Shown: positions 1-12,166, counted from the stretch's first letter. The stretch: 64,000 nucleotides of DNA from Felis catus (GCF_018350175.1 NC_058368.1:223946001-224010000); one strand, 5' to 3'. Numbers and translations: made by a program. Notes: generated by a model not told the origin, from the sequence alone.

Positions 1-215
1 TTCCTTTTTCTTTCTTCCAAATGCCTGGGAAATAGGAGAAAATGGAAGTGTTTTGAGCTTCAAGGGGAAGCCATTTTGGAACAGGAACACCACCCCATCA
101 ACCCTGGACAGTCTATTCACTTCTTATAAGAGAGAAAAATAAACTCTACCTTATTTAATCTCTGACATTTTGAAAACTCTTTATTATATCATCTTATGCT
201 GAACCCCAGCAAATC
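1..215 (+). mobile_element. MaLR (MLT1-like) LTR 3' fragment
   Basis: GAGAGAAAAATAAACTCTACCTTATTTAATCTCTG resembles the MLT1 poly(A)-signal/U5 end. Confidence 0.5.
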
Positions 216-239
216 AAAATAATAGAACCCATGGGGACA

Positions 240-495
240 CAATTCTGAAACGTTGAGAAAAATTTCACCATTGGTGGAAAGGAATTGTATAATATACATA
301 CAAAGCCTTAAAATGTTAATTCTCTTTGAGTCAGGAATTTTAGTTTTAAAAAGGAATGCAAAAAAAACCCAAACAAATAATCAAACAAAATTCTGTAAGT
401 ACCCAAAGATGGTCGTGTATAATAGGAAAAATAAAACAAGACGTGTTCATCAGTAGAGGATTGGCTAAACACATTATGTGGCATTTGTTAAGGTG
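240..495 (+). mobile_element. Old L1M (L1ME-like) fragment
   Basis: Degenerate L1 ORF2-end motifs (TTTGAGTCAGGAATT, TGTTCATCAGTAGAGGATTGGCTAAACACATTATG). Confidence 0.5.
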
Positions 496-1322
496 TGGTA
501 GACAGCTGCTATTTCTGCCTTAATAGCCCCATTCTCCCTTCTGGTAGAAATCCTTTCCTCTGGGGATGCATTTTTCTGCCATTGAGCTCCAAACCTCCTG
601 TTTCTAGAGTCTTTTGGAAATGTAAACATCTTACAAATTCCGTGGGAGCAAAGCTAGAGAATCACTGCTTAATTAGACTATAGAACACACATACTCTATT
701 TTAAACTCTAAAACATATTTATTTTCTCACTAGGCTTTCAGGAAGACAACTATAAAAGCTAACACTCCTGCTGTATCTCAGGATTATTAGTTCAGACTTT
801 CCTCCTTTCAGTAATTAAATAATTTAGTACGAACAATAGCAAACTGTAGTTTCTTTGGACAGGTAGTCTTTTGAATGCTATCTGAATGACCAGAGGGATC
901 ATTTTGCTCCCTTTTCTACAGATTATTTTAAAATTTCCTATTCCAGAATGTGATACTATCAAAGGATAACAGGCATGTACTGAAAACAGATATACTCTTT
1001 TCCTTTTTGGGTGCTTTTTGTTTTCAACTTGGTGTCCAGCTAAAGAAACATTAAAAATAATAATAACCCTACTTCCATTTGTCCTAGTCTCAGAAGGCCA
1101 TTTTGTTTCTATGTTAAAAGGAGGCTCTCAGATTCCTTGATAACTTTAATTTTCACAGGATTTGAATTTTTAGTAAATACAGGTTATGCTACCTTACAAA
1201 CAATGGGGATAAATTAAACGATGGGACCTTGTAGAATTCTTACACTCAATTCACTGGAAGGTATTTTCAAGAGAAATGCAGGAAAAAGTTTTTGTAATCA
1301 TTTTATTTTTCAGTGCATCTTA

Positions 1323-1529
1323 AATTTTTTTTAATGTTTCTTTATTTCTGAGAGAGCGAGCGAGCATGAGCAGGGGAGGAGCAGAGAGAGGGAGACCCAG
1401 AATCCAAAGCAGGCTCCAGGCTCTGAGCTGTCAGCACAGAGCCCGACGCGGGGCTCGAACTCACGAACTGAGAGATCGTGACCTGAGCCAAAGTCGGATG
1501 CTCAACCCACTGAGCCGCCCAGGCGCCCC
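1323..1529 (-). mobile_element. Can-SINE (SINEC_Fc)
   Basis: Full tRNA-derived body, CT tract and A tail on minus strand; TSD TCAGTGCATCTTA at 1310-1322 and 1530-1542. Confidence 0.97.
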
Positions 1530-1997
1530 TCAGTGCATCTTATTTGATCAATGCATAAGGGCTTTTTTTGTTTGTTGTTTGTTCTTCACTTGAACACTTT
1601 TGGAATGGGAAAGTGTCTTAGAATGTATCACATTTTGTCATCTCTGTCAGCCATGAGGCATGCCATTTCCTGAGTACATACAGATGTGGTTATAACTGTT
1701 CAGGTTGTTGTCTTTACAATTAACTCATTTACATTGTTGGCATTACACATGTGGGATTAATTACCCATAAGTGTCTTCAAAAAGATTGCAGTAGAACTTA
1801 GAAATAAAACCAAAGTGACTTTTACGTAACCCTAGCAGGACACTAAAAGGGACGGTAATTGTATTGGAAACAAAGATGGCGGCATAAATTTGACATTATT
1901 AGAAAATACATGTTTGGTTGGGAGAAAGACTGCAATTCCTTATTTTATTACAAAGCGCAAATTGAGAGTTTTGTGGAACCCAGGAATGGAAAATACA

Positions 1998-2210
1998 GGG
2001 GTGCCTATGTGATTCAGGAGGTTAAGTGTCCGACTTTAGCTCAGGTCATGATTTCATGGTTTGGGAGTTTGAGCCTCATGTCGGGCTCTGCGCTGACAGT
2101 TGAGAGCTTGGTTGGGATTTTTCTCTCTTTCCCTCTCTCTCTCTCTTTCCCTCCCCTACTCTCTGTCTTTCTCTTCCCCTCTCAAAATAAATAAATGAAC
2201 TTGAAAAAAA
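1998..2210 (+). mobile_element. Can-SINE (older subfamily)
   Basis: GGGGTGCC head, CT tract, AATAAA tail; imperfect TSD GAATGGAAAAT. Confidence 0.95.
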
Positions 2211-2604
2211 CAAGAATGGAAAATGCATGCTTGGAAACGAAGCTGGCTTACAAAGGATTGCTTGTCACATGATGTGCAATGTAAGCGAGGGAGTGAAAAA
2301 GTGTCATTCTTTCATAGGCATGCAGTTCATGTGATGGGCTGAGAAGATAACAGAAGAAAAACTCTGTGTCATAATTTCATTGTTAATATGTTTTCTTATT
2401 AGAGGTATAAGAAAAAGTTATGATGCTATCCTATTTAGCAAAATATGGTATTGAAGCTCTAAAACATAAAAAAAAAATAAAGACAAGAAGAAAACTTCGG
2501 AGTAGCCTCAAAATTCTTCCTGATGCCTCTCCAAGTTCAAATTACTGTCTAGGAACTCAGGTACCACTTAAAAGGTAGATTTTTTTAAAAAAATGTAACA
2601 CATA

Positions 2605-2813
2605 GGGGCGCCTGGGTGGCTCAGTCGGTTAAGCGTCTGACTTCGGCTCAGGTCATGATCTCACGTTTCGTGAGTTTGAGCCCCACATCGGGCTCTGCGC
2701 TGACAGCTCAGAGCCTGGAGTCTGCTTTGGATTCTGTGTCTCCTTCTCTCTCTGCCCCTCCCCCTCTCATGCTCTGCCTCTCTCAAAAAATAAATAAACA
2801 TTAAAAAAATTTA
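2605..2813 (+). mobile_element. Can-SINE (first of tandem pair)
   Basis: GGGGCGCCTGGGTGGCTCAGTCGG head; upstream TSD copy AAAATGTAACA. Confidence 0.97.
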
Positions 2814-3024
2814 GGGGAGCCTGGGTGGCTCAGTCGGTTGAGCATCTGACTTCGGCTCAGGTCATGATCTTACAGTCCTTGAGTTTGGAGCCCACGTCTA
2901 GCTCTGTGCTGACAGCTCTGAGCCTGGAGCCTGCTTTGGATTCTGGGTCTCCCTCTCTCTCTGCCCCTCTGCCACTCGTGCTCTGTCTCTCAAAAACTAA
3001 ATAAACATTTTAAAAAATAAAAAC
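2814..3024 (+). mobile_element. Can-SINE (second of tandem pair)
   Basis: Begins directly in the tail of the preceding SINE; downstream AAAATGTAACA at 3025-3035. Confidence 0.96.
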
Positions 3025-3035
3025 AAAATGTAACA

Positions 3036-3225
3036 TATATATGTAGACATACCCTCTATATATCATGCATACGCATACATACATAAGCATTACACATATA
3101 TATGTGTGAATGCATATATACACATACATATGGTTCTAGGTACACACATGTATATATGCATACATACACATATGTACGTACACACATATAGTATGTGTAT
3201 ATACACATATATACATGCACATGCA
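3036..3225. repeat. (TACA/TATG)n-type low-complexity repeat
   Basis: Alternating purine-pyrimidine run of ACAT/ATAT units. Confidence 0.85.
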
Positions 3226-4017
3226 TTATATTTTATTTTTCCAGATAACCATTTGCTTGGTTTATTGAAGGATAAATTTCCCATCACTCTTGCTATTTGG
3301 AAATTTTCGAAGCATAAAAAGAAATGCCCAATAATATTCCAAGGCAAGAGACGATGGCAAACGATTTTATTTAGAAAAGTTTATCAAAGGATGACACATG
3401 TCATTGTTAGTAAACATAAGTTCTGTATTTCTATGTCTATGTGAGGAAAAATGAGTTAAACTTAATAGTTGGCTAAGTACATGCGGTAATGGAGAGTGCT
3501 TATGAATTATTTCCTGCACATCACGTACTGTGACACATATATGCACCTGAATGCTCCCAAGCTGAACACAGTTCAATATTCTTAACATATGAGAAGTGAT
3601 AAGTCCATGGCCGGGATGGTGCTTTCTTGAGCTGATGAATAATAAGCTGCTGTGAAATAGACAGGAGCTCAGCACTGAAGCTGTCTCAGGAACATATGCC
3701 CGATTTTTAAAATTAATGTTACGTTCATCCTCTATTATCACTTAACATTTTTTTCTTAGTTTTTAAATATTAATCTTACTTTATCATCTTAATTCAGCGA
3801 CATTTCAAAAGCTCTGAAGAAATTATTTTAATGAGAGTCATAAGATAGTTGGTTCTTCCTCTTTTTAACGTATTATTTTTAAACGGTTTATATGATGGAC
3901 ATTTTCTGTTCTATACTTAATTATGAAGTAAAATAAATCAAATGAGAGGGAGAGGGAGAGAAATTAAACTAGAGCGGGAATGGAATAAGATCAAAGTGAA
4001 AAGAGAGAGTAAATATT

Positions 4018-4233
4018 TTTTTTAATTTTTTTTAACGTTTATTGATTTTGAGACAGAGAGAGACAGAGCATGAACGGGGGAGGGGCAGAGAGAGGGAGAC
4101 ACAGAATCTGAAACAGGCTCCAGGCTCTGAGCAGTCAGCACAGAGCCCCATGCGGGGCTCGAACTCACGGACCGCCAGATCGTGACCCCAGCCGAAGTCG
4201 GACACCCAACCGACTGAGCCACCCAGGTGCCCC
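4018..4233 (-). mobile_element. Can-SINE (SINEC_Fc)
   Basis: Perfect 17-bp TSD AAGAGAGAGTAAATATT at 4001-4017 and 4234-4250; intact B box. Confidence 0.97.
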
Positions 4234-4263
4234 AAGAGAGAGTAAATATTAAACATTAACCCA

Positions 4264-4590
4264 TGTCTCTGTCAGCACAGGCCAGCCGTGATGAGGCCAC
4301 AGCTGATCCCCTAAACCACTGATCAGTGGTTTACAACAATTTATTTCTCTCACACTACATTTTTGTCACAGATTTGTCTCCTATTATTCCCCAGTTTCAG
4401 GCCGATGGAATCATTTCTATCTGGAACACGGCCAGTCTGGAAACAAAGAGAAATTAGCATGGTCTGTACAGAATGCTACCACACACTTCTTTTAAAGCTC
4501 TGTTGGAGTGTGACCATGGCATGCACATCAAGGTTCAGTGACAAACCACATGGCTTCCCCAGGAAGAGTTAAAGGATATTTGTGGACCCT
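4264..4590 (-). mobile_element. MaLR LTR (MLT1J/I-like)
   Basis: TCAGTGGTTTACAACAATTTATTTCTCTCACACTACAT and CAGGCCGATGGAATCATTTCTATCTGGAAC resemble antisense MLT1. Confidence 0.6.
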
Positions 4591-4656
4591 TATGTACTCT
4601 ATCTCACTCGGTCAAAACAGAAGGTGGGTCTTGAAAAGAACACTGACAGTGAAAAT

Positions 4657-5800
4657 GTATTCATTCATTCATTTAACAAATAGTTACCGACCTATTATAG
4701 TTGAGACAACGTGATCAGTTCTGATGTTAGACTGGTTAAGATTATAATCAAGGACCCTGCCCTAAAAAAAAATCCATGTACAGTCACAAAGAATACATGC
4801 ATTAAATAAAAGTTGCATACATGTGTGATGAGTATAGTAATAAATTTCATTGTACAGATAAGATGTAGTCAGTCAAGTAGGTGGATTCAAAAGTCACATA
4901 AAAATAAAATGTTGAGGCCCACCCAACGATTGGCTGAATTTTTCATATAAATGACAGAAAATATTCATGGTAACCCTTAGGTTTCCAGCTTGGAAATCAG
5001 TTGCACCATGACATTATTTAGTTTACTAGAACACAGGCAGGAGTATTTATCTTAATTTTTTTTAAATCTTTGTTTATTTTTGAGAGAGAGACAGAGTGTG
5101 AGCAGGGGAGGAGCAGAGAGAGAGGGAGACACAGAATCCGAAGCAGGCTCCAGGCCCTGAGCTGTCAGCACAGAGCCCAACGTGGGGCTCAAACTCATGA
5201 ACTGTGAGATCATGACCTGAGCAGAAGTCTGACGCTCAACGTACTGAGCCACCCAGACACCCCAAGAGGTATTTATTTTAGACAAAAGACACAATCATTT
5301 TGTATATATTGAACTGGCAATATGTTTGAAACACTTAAGTAGTAATGGAGATTAAATCTCAGGTTGAAACTACCTTATTATGATGGAATTGATAACTTTG
5401 ATATTCTAATTGAATATTTTAAATGCTAAATTTGAGATTGCTGGCCTGAGTTATTTCAATGGTTGCAGTATACCCCATGGGATTGGGGATTCCTAGGACA
5501 CAGTGGTTTGTTAGGTAAACACTGAATCATGATTTTATGATGGTTTTCCAGTTGTATAAGTTTGGAGTATTCAGATAGAGTTATGTAGTTGAAATATTAT
5601 ATAGTTACAATAAAACATAGAGATTTCAAATTTACAACCATGAATTTTGGAAACAATATCTCATGAAAGGAGGATAGAATGATCCAAGAGCCAAAGGCTT
5701 GAATCTTGAGTCACATAGAAGATGAGTCAGTGATAGAAAATACTCAAAAATTACCAAAAATGCCAAGCAAGGTGATCAATTATATGAAATACGAAAATTC
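4657..5800 (-). mobile_element. L2 LINE 3' fragments, interrupted by a SINE
   Basis: TATTCATTCATTCATTTAACAAATAGTTA is the antisense L2 3' terminus; degenerate purine-rich L2 sequence follows. Confidence 0.6.
5054..5263 (-). mobile_element. Can-SINE
   Basis: Full SINE body on minus strand; imperfect TSD GTATTTAT(C/T)TTA. Confidence 0.96.
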
Positions 5801-6207
5801 CTGTTTATTCTCCAAAATCCATGAGACCTAAAAAACTGTCATCACAGAATCAAACATTTTGAAATATTTAAAGTTGTGCAAAAAAAGTCATCTGCATCAA
5901 ATAAAACCTTGGCTCCTAATATTTTAATTTAATAAAAATATATTTCTGCCACATAGTCCCATACAGGGATTTCCTTCCTGAAGTTTTCCCTGGGACTGTT
6001 CAGGAACCCAGATTCTTCTATGGTATGAATCTACTTAATCTGGATCATCACAGATCTCCATGTCTAGTGAGTAGATGGAAGAAGTGATAAATAGAGAATT
6101 CCAAGAAATATTTTACCTAAGAATAAAATGAATAATTTCGGATACATGTTACTGCCCAGTATGCTATTCCCTGGTCTCACTTAGATGCCATGATGACTTA
6201 GAAATTT

Positions 6208-6421
6208 GGCACCTGGGTGGCTCAATCAGTTAAGCACCTAATCTTGATTTCAGCTCAGGTCACGATCTCATTGTTTTATGGGGTCAAGCCTTGCATCAGG
6301 TTCTATGCTGATAGTGTGGAGCCTGCTTGGGATTCTCTGTCTCCCTCGCTCTCTGCCCCTCCCCCACTCATGCTGTTTCTCTTTCTCTCAAAATATATAA
6401 ATAAACTTTAAAAAAATAAAA

Positions 6422-6469
<48 letters not shown>

Positions 6470-6471
6470 AA
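6208..6471 (+). mobile_element. Can-SINE with (GAAA)n tail
   Basis: GGCACCTGGGTGGCTCA head; tail expanded into a GAAA array at about 6421-6471. Confidence 0.95.
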
Positions 6472-7339
6472 TGTAGTCATTGCTAGGCAGACAATTCTGG
6501 GCAGAAACTCTACGTTATGGAAAGAATGCCCAAATCCTTGGTGATAGTTGCCCTCCCTTTCATAAGAAATAATAAATTAGGGTAAATACAAGTACAATAA
6601 AGCCACAGTTCAAAACAGAGTAAGAGAAATATATGACTTTCAAAAATGAACGTGGGTTGAACACAAAATCAATGGATAAAGAGATCTAGAAGGACCCTGA
6701 GTAAAAGAACTCACCAACTAATGCGGAAACACCGGTAGTGGTAACAGAGATAATCACGCATGCCCACATACGCACACACAAGTGCACACACGTACGTAGA
6801 AAGGTGCGAATCAATAAACGAGAAACAAAGGAAGAAAACGAAATGGTTGATAAAAATGAAGAGAAAAAAACTGGAGCGCCAGAACTGTCAATCCACCAAT
6901 CATATATGCAGTTGCCAAGGTAGCCAGGAGGATGTCTTAGCAGAACATGGTTTCTGAAGGCTGCAGAACTGGAATTTAACAGGAAAGGAGATGCGGTCTT
7001 CTACCAACTCCAATGAGTATGTATTTGCAGTTTCTCTAATGGTTCATGTGATGACAATTGCAAATTGTCATCATGAAAATTATCACATTTTTTTAGTACA
7101 TCCCACAGGACAGAGTAGTAAAAAGTTCCCCAAATTTTTAATTTGATTTAATTTACTTTAATTTAATTTACTTTAATTTAATTTAATTTAATTAATTTAA
7201 TTTTATTTTATTATGTATTTATTTATTTTTTGTGCCAACTAATGGAACAGAACAAACAACTATGTTTTTTTTCCTCCCTTAGGTAAATAATATTTAGTCC
7301 CATCTTAGACTGGGGAATGGAATGGGGAAATCCCATAGC

Positions 7340-7475
7340 AGGACTCTATGTTCTGCCACGAGCGTGATTACAGCTCTATGGTCTTGAGCAAACACATCAG
7401 TTAATCTCTCCGCATCTTGTTTTTTTTTTTTTTTATGTGTAAAATAAGAAGGTCTTGGAGAGCCTTCTAGTTATG
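7340..7475 (+). mobile_element. MIR SINE fragment
   Basis: GTCTTGAGCAAACAC..TTAATCTCTCCGCATCTTGTTT..TGTAAAAT resembles the MIR core. Confidence 0.55.
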
Positions 7476-8409
7476 TGTTTAGAAAATACGTGTTGATTTT
7501 CACTGTTGAATTGTTTGGGGACTTCCATGTGTACCCTGACAGAAAGGGTAGCATGAGATCCATTAGGAAATAGAATATTCATATTGTGTAAAACAGGGAA
7601 AAAGCACAAGTCATGTACTCATAGATGTTTGTCTTATAAAATGTTCATGAGAATGAAGGCTATTTATTCATCTTTAAGTACAAAGCAGGATGTGTAAGGA
7701 ATGGGCAACAGCTCCTCGAGCTCATGAAAAATGCATGACCAACTTTTTCCACTAAGAATATGTAGTTACATACTCACAAGGTGAGAGAAACTTAGCCTCA
7801 TTTAGCTAATGATACTTATAGCTACATATTTCATATAAAACAATGCAAATGCATTCTCAGAGAGGTTATTTAAAAGAGCAGATATACAAAAAATATAACA
7901 CAAATTACCCTAGGTGACCCAGAAATGACTTAAATATCATGAAAATGACTTTACATCTGATATACTACTTACCCATCTGAGGGTTTAATTATATTTAGGA
8001 AGCTAATGTATTCAACACAACTTACCTTTGCATTATAAAATCACCATTAGTTTGCCTTCCACAAAGAATATGGTTTTACTTTGCAAATTGTCAGCATTTG
8101 ATTTTGATTTTTTAAAAAGTAATGGGCTTTCTAGCTTAAAAAAAAGGTTATACCCAAATCAAGGCACTTTTATGTAAGATCATATCACAAAAACGATTAT
8201 TTACCAAATAATTTTAAAACCCTCTGCATTATCTTATTTAATAAGGTGGATAAATTCAGGTAATATATATCTATTCAAAACATTTGCTCTCTGAGCCTCC
8301 TTTGGACATGCAAATCACTTGTAAAAGTTTTCAATCTTACAACTACTGTCCCAATATAGAAGAGAAACAAAATACAAACTCTCTGTGGAAGTAAGTGTTC
8401 CCGAAGAGG

Positions 8410-8815
8410 TGCAAAAATGAAAAGTTTCAGCTATGCAAGAGGATTAAGTCCTAGAGATTTACTGTACAACACACTGCTGATACTTAAAATTTTATTCTAT
8501 TGTATGCTTAAAATTTCTCTGTAAGTATAGATTTCATATTAGGTCTTATAGTAGTAGTAATAATAATAATAATAGGAGGAGAGAGGAAATGGAAGAAGAA
8601 GGAGGAAAAGGAAGAGGAGGAGGACAAGGAGAAGGGAGAAAGAAGGGGAGGAAGAAGAAATAAAGGGGGTGGAAGAAAACTTTGGAGGTGATGGATGTTT
8701 ATGGCATAGATTGTGGTGATGGAGATAAGGTGTATACTTATCTCCAAGTGATCAATATATACATTAAATATGTATACCTTTTTCTATGTCAATTATACAT
8801 CAAAAAAATGATTTT
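8410..8815 (+). mobile_element. L1MA/L1MB-type 3' UTR fragment with internal GA-rich low-complexity tract
   Basis: AAGTTTCAGCTATGCAAGAGGATTAAGTCCTAGAGATTTACTGTACAAC and TTGGAGGTGATGGATG..GATTGTGGTGATGG are typical old L1 3' ends. Confidence 0.75.
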
Positions 8816-8829
8816 AAAAATAATTTAAA

Positions 8830-9055
8830 GGGGCGCCTGGGTGGCGCAGTCGGTTAAGCGTCCAACTTCAGCCAGGTCACGATTTCGCGGTCCGGGAGTT
8901 TGAGCCCCGCGTCAGGCTCTGGGCTGATGGCTCAGAGCCTGGAGCCTGCTTCCGGTTCTGTGTCTCCCTCTCTCTCTGCCCCTCCCCCGTTCATGCTCTG
9001 TCTCTCTCTGTCCCAAAAATAAATAAACGTTGAAAAAAAAATTAAAAAAAAAAAT
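8830..9055 (+). mobile_element. Can-SINE, young felid SINEC_Fc variant
   Basis: Diagnostic TGGCGCAGTCGG, CAGCCAGGTCACG, GGGCTGATGGCTC; CpG-rich; TSD AATAATTTAAA. Confidence 0.97.
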
Positions 9056-9134
9056 AATAATTTAAAAAAAAATCTAAAATCCCTCTAGCTTAGTCCACTT
9101 AGTTTCCTGCCTTGGAGGAAAAACTACTCAAGAA

Positions 9135-9235
9135 CCATGGTTCTAAGTATGGTCCTTGAAACATTAGCTTTTCCTGGGAACTTGTTATAATTGGAACTTT
9201 TCAGGTGAAACCCTAGAAATACTGAATCATGAGTA
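9135..9235. mobile_element. MER5A (hAT-Charlie) fragment
   Basis: GGTTCTAAGTATGGTCC..CCTGGGAACTTGTTA..CCCTAGAAATACTGAATCA. Confidence 0.6.
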
Positions 9236-9509
9236 AAAATGGAGACATCTGTAAGATAAATTGCATTAATAAAATAAATTTTAATTGTATTTATTTATTT
9301 AATTTATTAATTTATTTGACTTAATTTCATGTAACCACCTTTGGTATAAAGCATTTCTAATCATGTTTAAAATTATCATAGCTTCAATTTATTGAAAAGA
9401 TGTTTACATGAACTGCTAAGAGGAAATGCTTTGACCTAAGACTGCTGTTTGAAGCTGCCCTTAGAGCTAACCATTCCATGGAATGAGAAATCATACTACA
9501 AACACTTTG

Positions 9510-10458
9510 AAGCATAAAGGGTTGCTATCCAATATCCATAAAAAACTTACCAAACTCAACACCCAAAAACCAAATAATCCAGTGAAGAAATGGGCACAAG
9601 ACATGAATAGACACTTCTCTAAAGAAGACATCCAGATGGCCAACAGACACATGAAAAGATGCTCAACATCACTCATCATCAGGGAAATACAAATCAATAC
9701 CACAACAAGAGATCACCTCACACGTGTCAGAATGGCTAAAATTAACAACTCAGGAAACAACAGATATTGGTGAGGATGTGGAGAGAGAGGAACCCACTTG
9801 CACTATGGACGGGAATGCAAACTGGTGCAGCCACTCTGGAAAACAGTATGGCGGGTCCTCAAAAAATTAAAAATACAACTACCCCAAACCCAGCAATTGT
9901 ACTACTAAGTATTTATCCAAAGATATAAAAATACAGATTCAAAGGGGCACATGCCCCCCAATGTTTATAGCAACACTATTAACAACAGCCAAATTATGGA
10001 AAGAGCCCAAATGTCCATTGACTGATGAATGGATAAAGATTTGGTATTTATAAAAAATGGAATGCTACTCAGCGATGTAAAAGAATGAAATCTTGCAATT
10101 TGTCACATGAATGGAAGTAGAGGGTATTATGCTAAGCGAACTAAGTCTGTCAGAGAAAGACAGATTGTCATATGATTTCACTCATATGTGGAATTTGAAA
10201 AACACAAGAAACGAACATAGAGGGAAGGAAAAGAAAAATAAGATTTAAACAGATGGAGGCAAATCATAATAGACTCTTAAATACAGAGAACAAGTTGGGG
10301 GTTGCTTGAGGAAAGGTGAGTGGGGGGACAGATCAAATGGGTGACAGGAGGGCACTTTTGGGAATGAGCATTGGGTGTCATATGTAAGAGATGAATCACT
10401 GGGTTCTACTTTTAAAGCCAAGACCTCACTGTTTATTAACTAACTTGAATATAAATTA
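9510..10458 (+). mobile_element. 5'-truncated carnivore L1 (ORF2 C-terminus plus 3' UTR), decayed
   Basis: ORF 9483-9773 reads [39 protein letters not shown], the L1 ORF2 C-terminal region; in-frame stop at the start of the CCHC segment; carnivore L1 3' UTR follows. Confidence 0.95.
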
Positions 10459-11724
10459 CCCCCCCCCCCAGTATCACTATTATGTGACAGGAAAAAAAAA
10501 TCCTTTGGTATTCTAGATCTGCAGATTCTTCAGAAACTCTCGTGTGTCCCAGCCTTTCTTATCATACAGAATGTATAATATTGAAAGTGAGCTATCATTT
10601 TAGTTATAATTTTACACACACACACACACACGACTAATTTAAATATTTTTTCTCAGGATACTTCTTAAAATGTTCTGTTAAATTGGATTCCAGATGACCA
10701 GGAACTGGAATACAATGTTATAAATTGCTGTACTTAATCAGGTAAGGGCTAGTGTTTGCACACAATTACTTAATTCAAAGAATGTGATCTGATATGGGCA
10801 AAGAACAAGGTTTACAATAATAATAATAATAGTAATAGCAATAATATCTTAACTAGCATATAATTACTTCTCTATTGTTTCTTTTCCAGGTTAATATAGA
10901 TTAATGTAATACCTAGCCTGCTGCTAATTTAAGAATGTCTGTGGATGGAGTAGCTTGGAGTATTTCGCTCCCTATCATATCTTCCCTGGGTAGTGGGAAA
11001 GCGAGGCTCATCAAAGTGATTTAACAGTCAAGCTCTCTCCATTCTCCCAGCCCTTCACTGGACCAAAGGTGGCAAGATGGCACACTATTCTCCTTGGAGA
11101 GCTGAATTGAAATGATTTCTTTCTGCCACAGGAGAGAGTATGATTTACTCCAGGGTTAAACCAGAATGTTCCTGGCCAAACATGAGAGCAACAGTTTATA
11201 CACTGTTAAAAATTCATTGCAATATTCTCTCATTCATCAACCTATGTTGTGTAACATTTTCAGGTTTCTGGATTACTTAAGATGTTCCATGCCCTTGTAA
11301 CTTTCCTAATAATTAATAATACTATAGAAGAGAGGATAAAATTCTGTTATTTTTTACCATTATCCATTCATTTTTAAATGTATCCATTTACTCATGTATT
11401 ATAATAGATAATTCCATTCTTTTCCATGTCTCCTTACACTTCCTCAGTCACAGCACTTATCAAATTCCATCACATCAAACAATCTGTTCCAGGTCTTTCC
11501 CCTAAATTCATTTTGGAATATTATCCATTCTCTTTATTGTAAATTTTAAAATACTCCATTTATTGGCACCGCCATGCATTTGCATAAAGAGTATTTCAAC
11601 AAACTTTTATTTCTCTGCTCCTTAACTGTATTGCATGTTCTTTATTTGCACATGGTGGGGAACATCAGGCTAACATACTAAGACTCTGTATTCAGAGATG
11701 AGGATTTTTTTTCCAAAGACTTTT

Positions 11725-11995
11725 AAGGCTTTATTGACAATAAACCAATCACAAAGAAAAGCACACATCAGTGTACAGCTCAGTGAATTTTTATCGACTG
11801 ATCACACCTATATTATAGACTGTGTTGTTAGCATCCAGACAAAAAAAAATAGACCATGAGCAGCACCCCAGAAGTCCCTTTCCTGTTCCCTTCCAGACAT
11901 TTTCCTCCCTTACCAAGTATGATTATTCTCCTGACTCGCTACACCATGGATTAGTTCTGTCTTTTTGGTACTTATATAAATTGGATCATTCATTT
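11725..11995 (-). mobile_element. Old L1M (L1MB/L1ME-like) 3' end
   Basis: GTGTACAGCTCAGTGAATTTT..CAGCACCCCAGAAGTCCC..GGATTAGTTCTG..TTATATAAAT antisense L1M 3' UTR. Confidence 0.75.
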
Positions 11996-12159
11996 TGTGC
12001 TTTTTTATTCAATGGAATGTTCCACCAAATTCTTCTGTTTATTGTTCTTCTCTTCTTCCTCTGATTAATATAATAACCAATAATATCTATGAATATCTTA
12101 AGTTAATCGGCTATGATAGGCTATGAACTAATTTATATGTACAATACAACATAATGAAA

Positions 12160-12166
<7 letters not shown>

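Noticed and set aside
7965..8030. Two consensus minus-strand donors (AAG|GTAAGT and TGG|GTAAGT)
   Set aside because: No convincing acceptor pairs with them; isolated donor matches are expected in 64 kb.
9483..9773. 96-aa ORF with clear L1 ORF2 similarity
   Set aside because: Fragment of a 5'-truncated, stop-interrupted L1; not a functional CDS.
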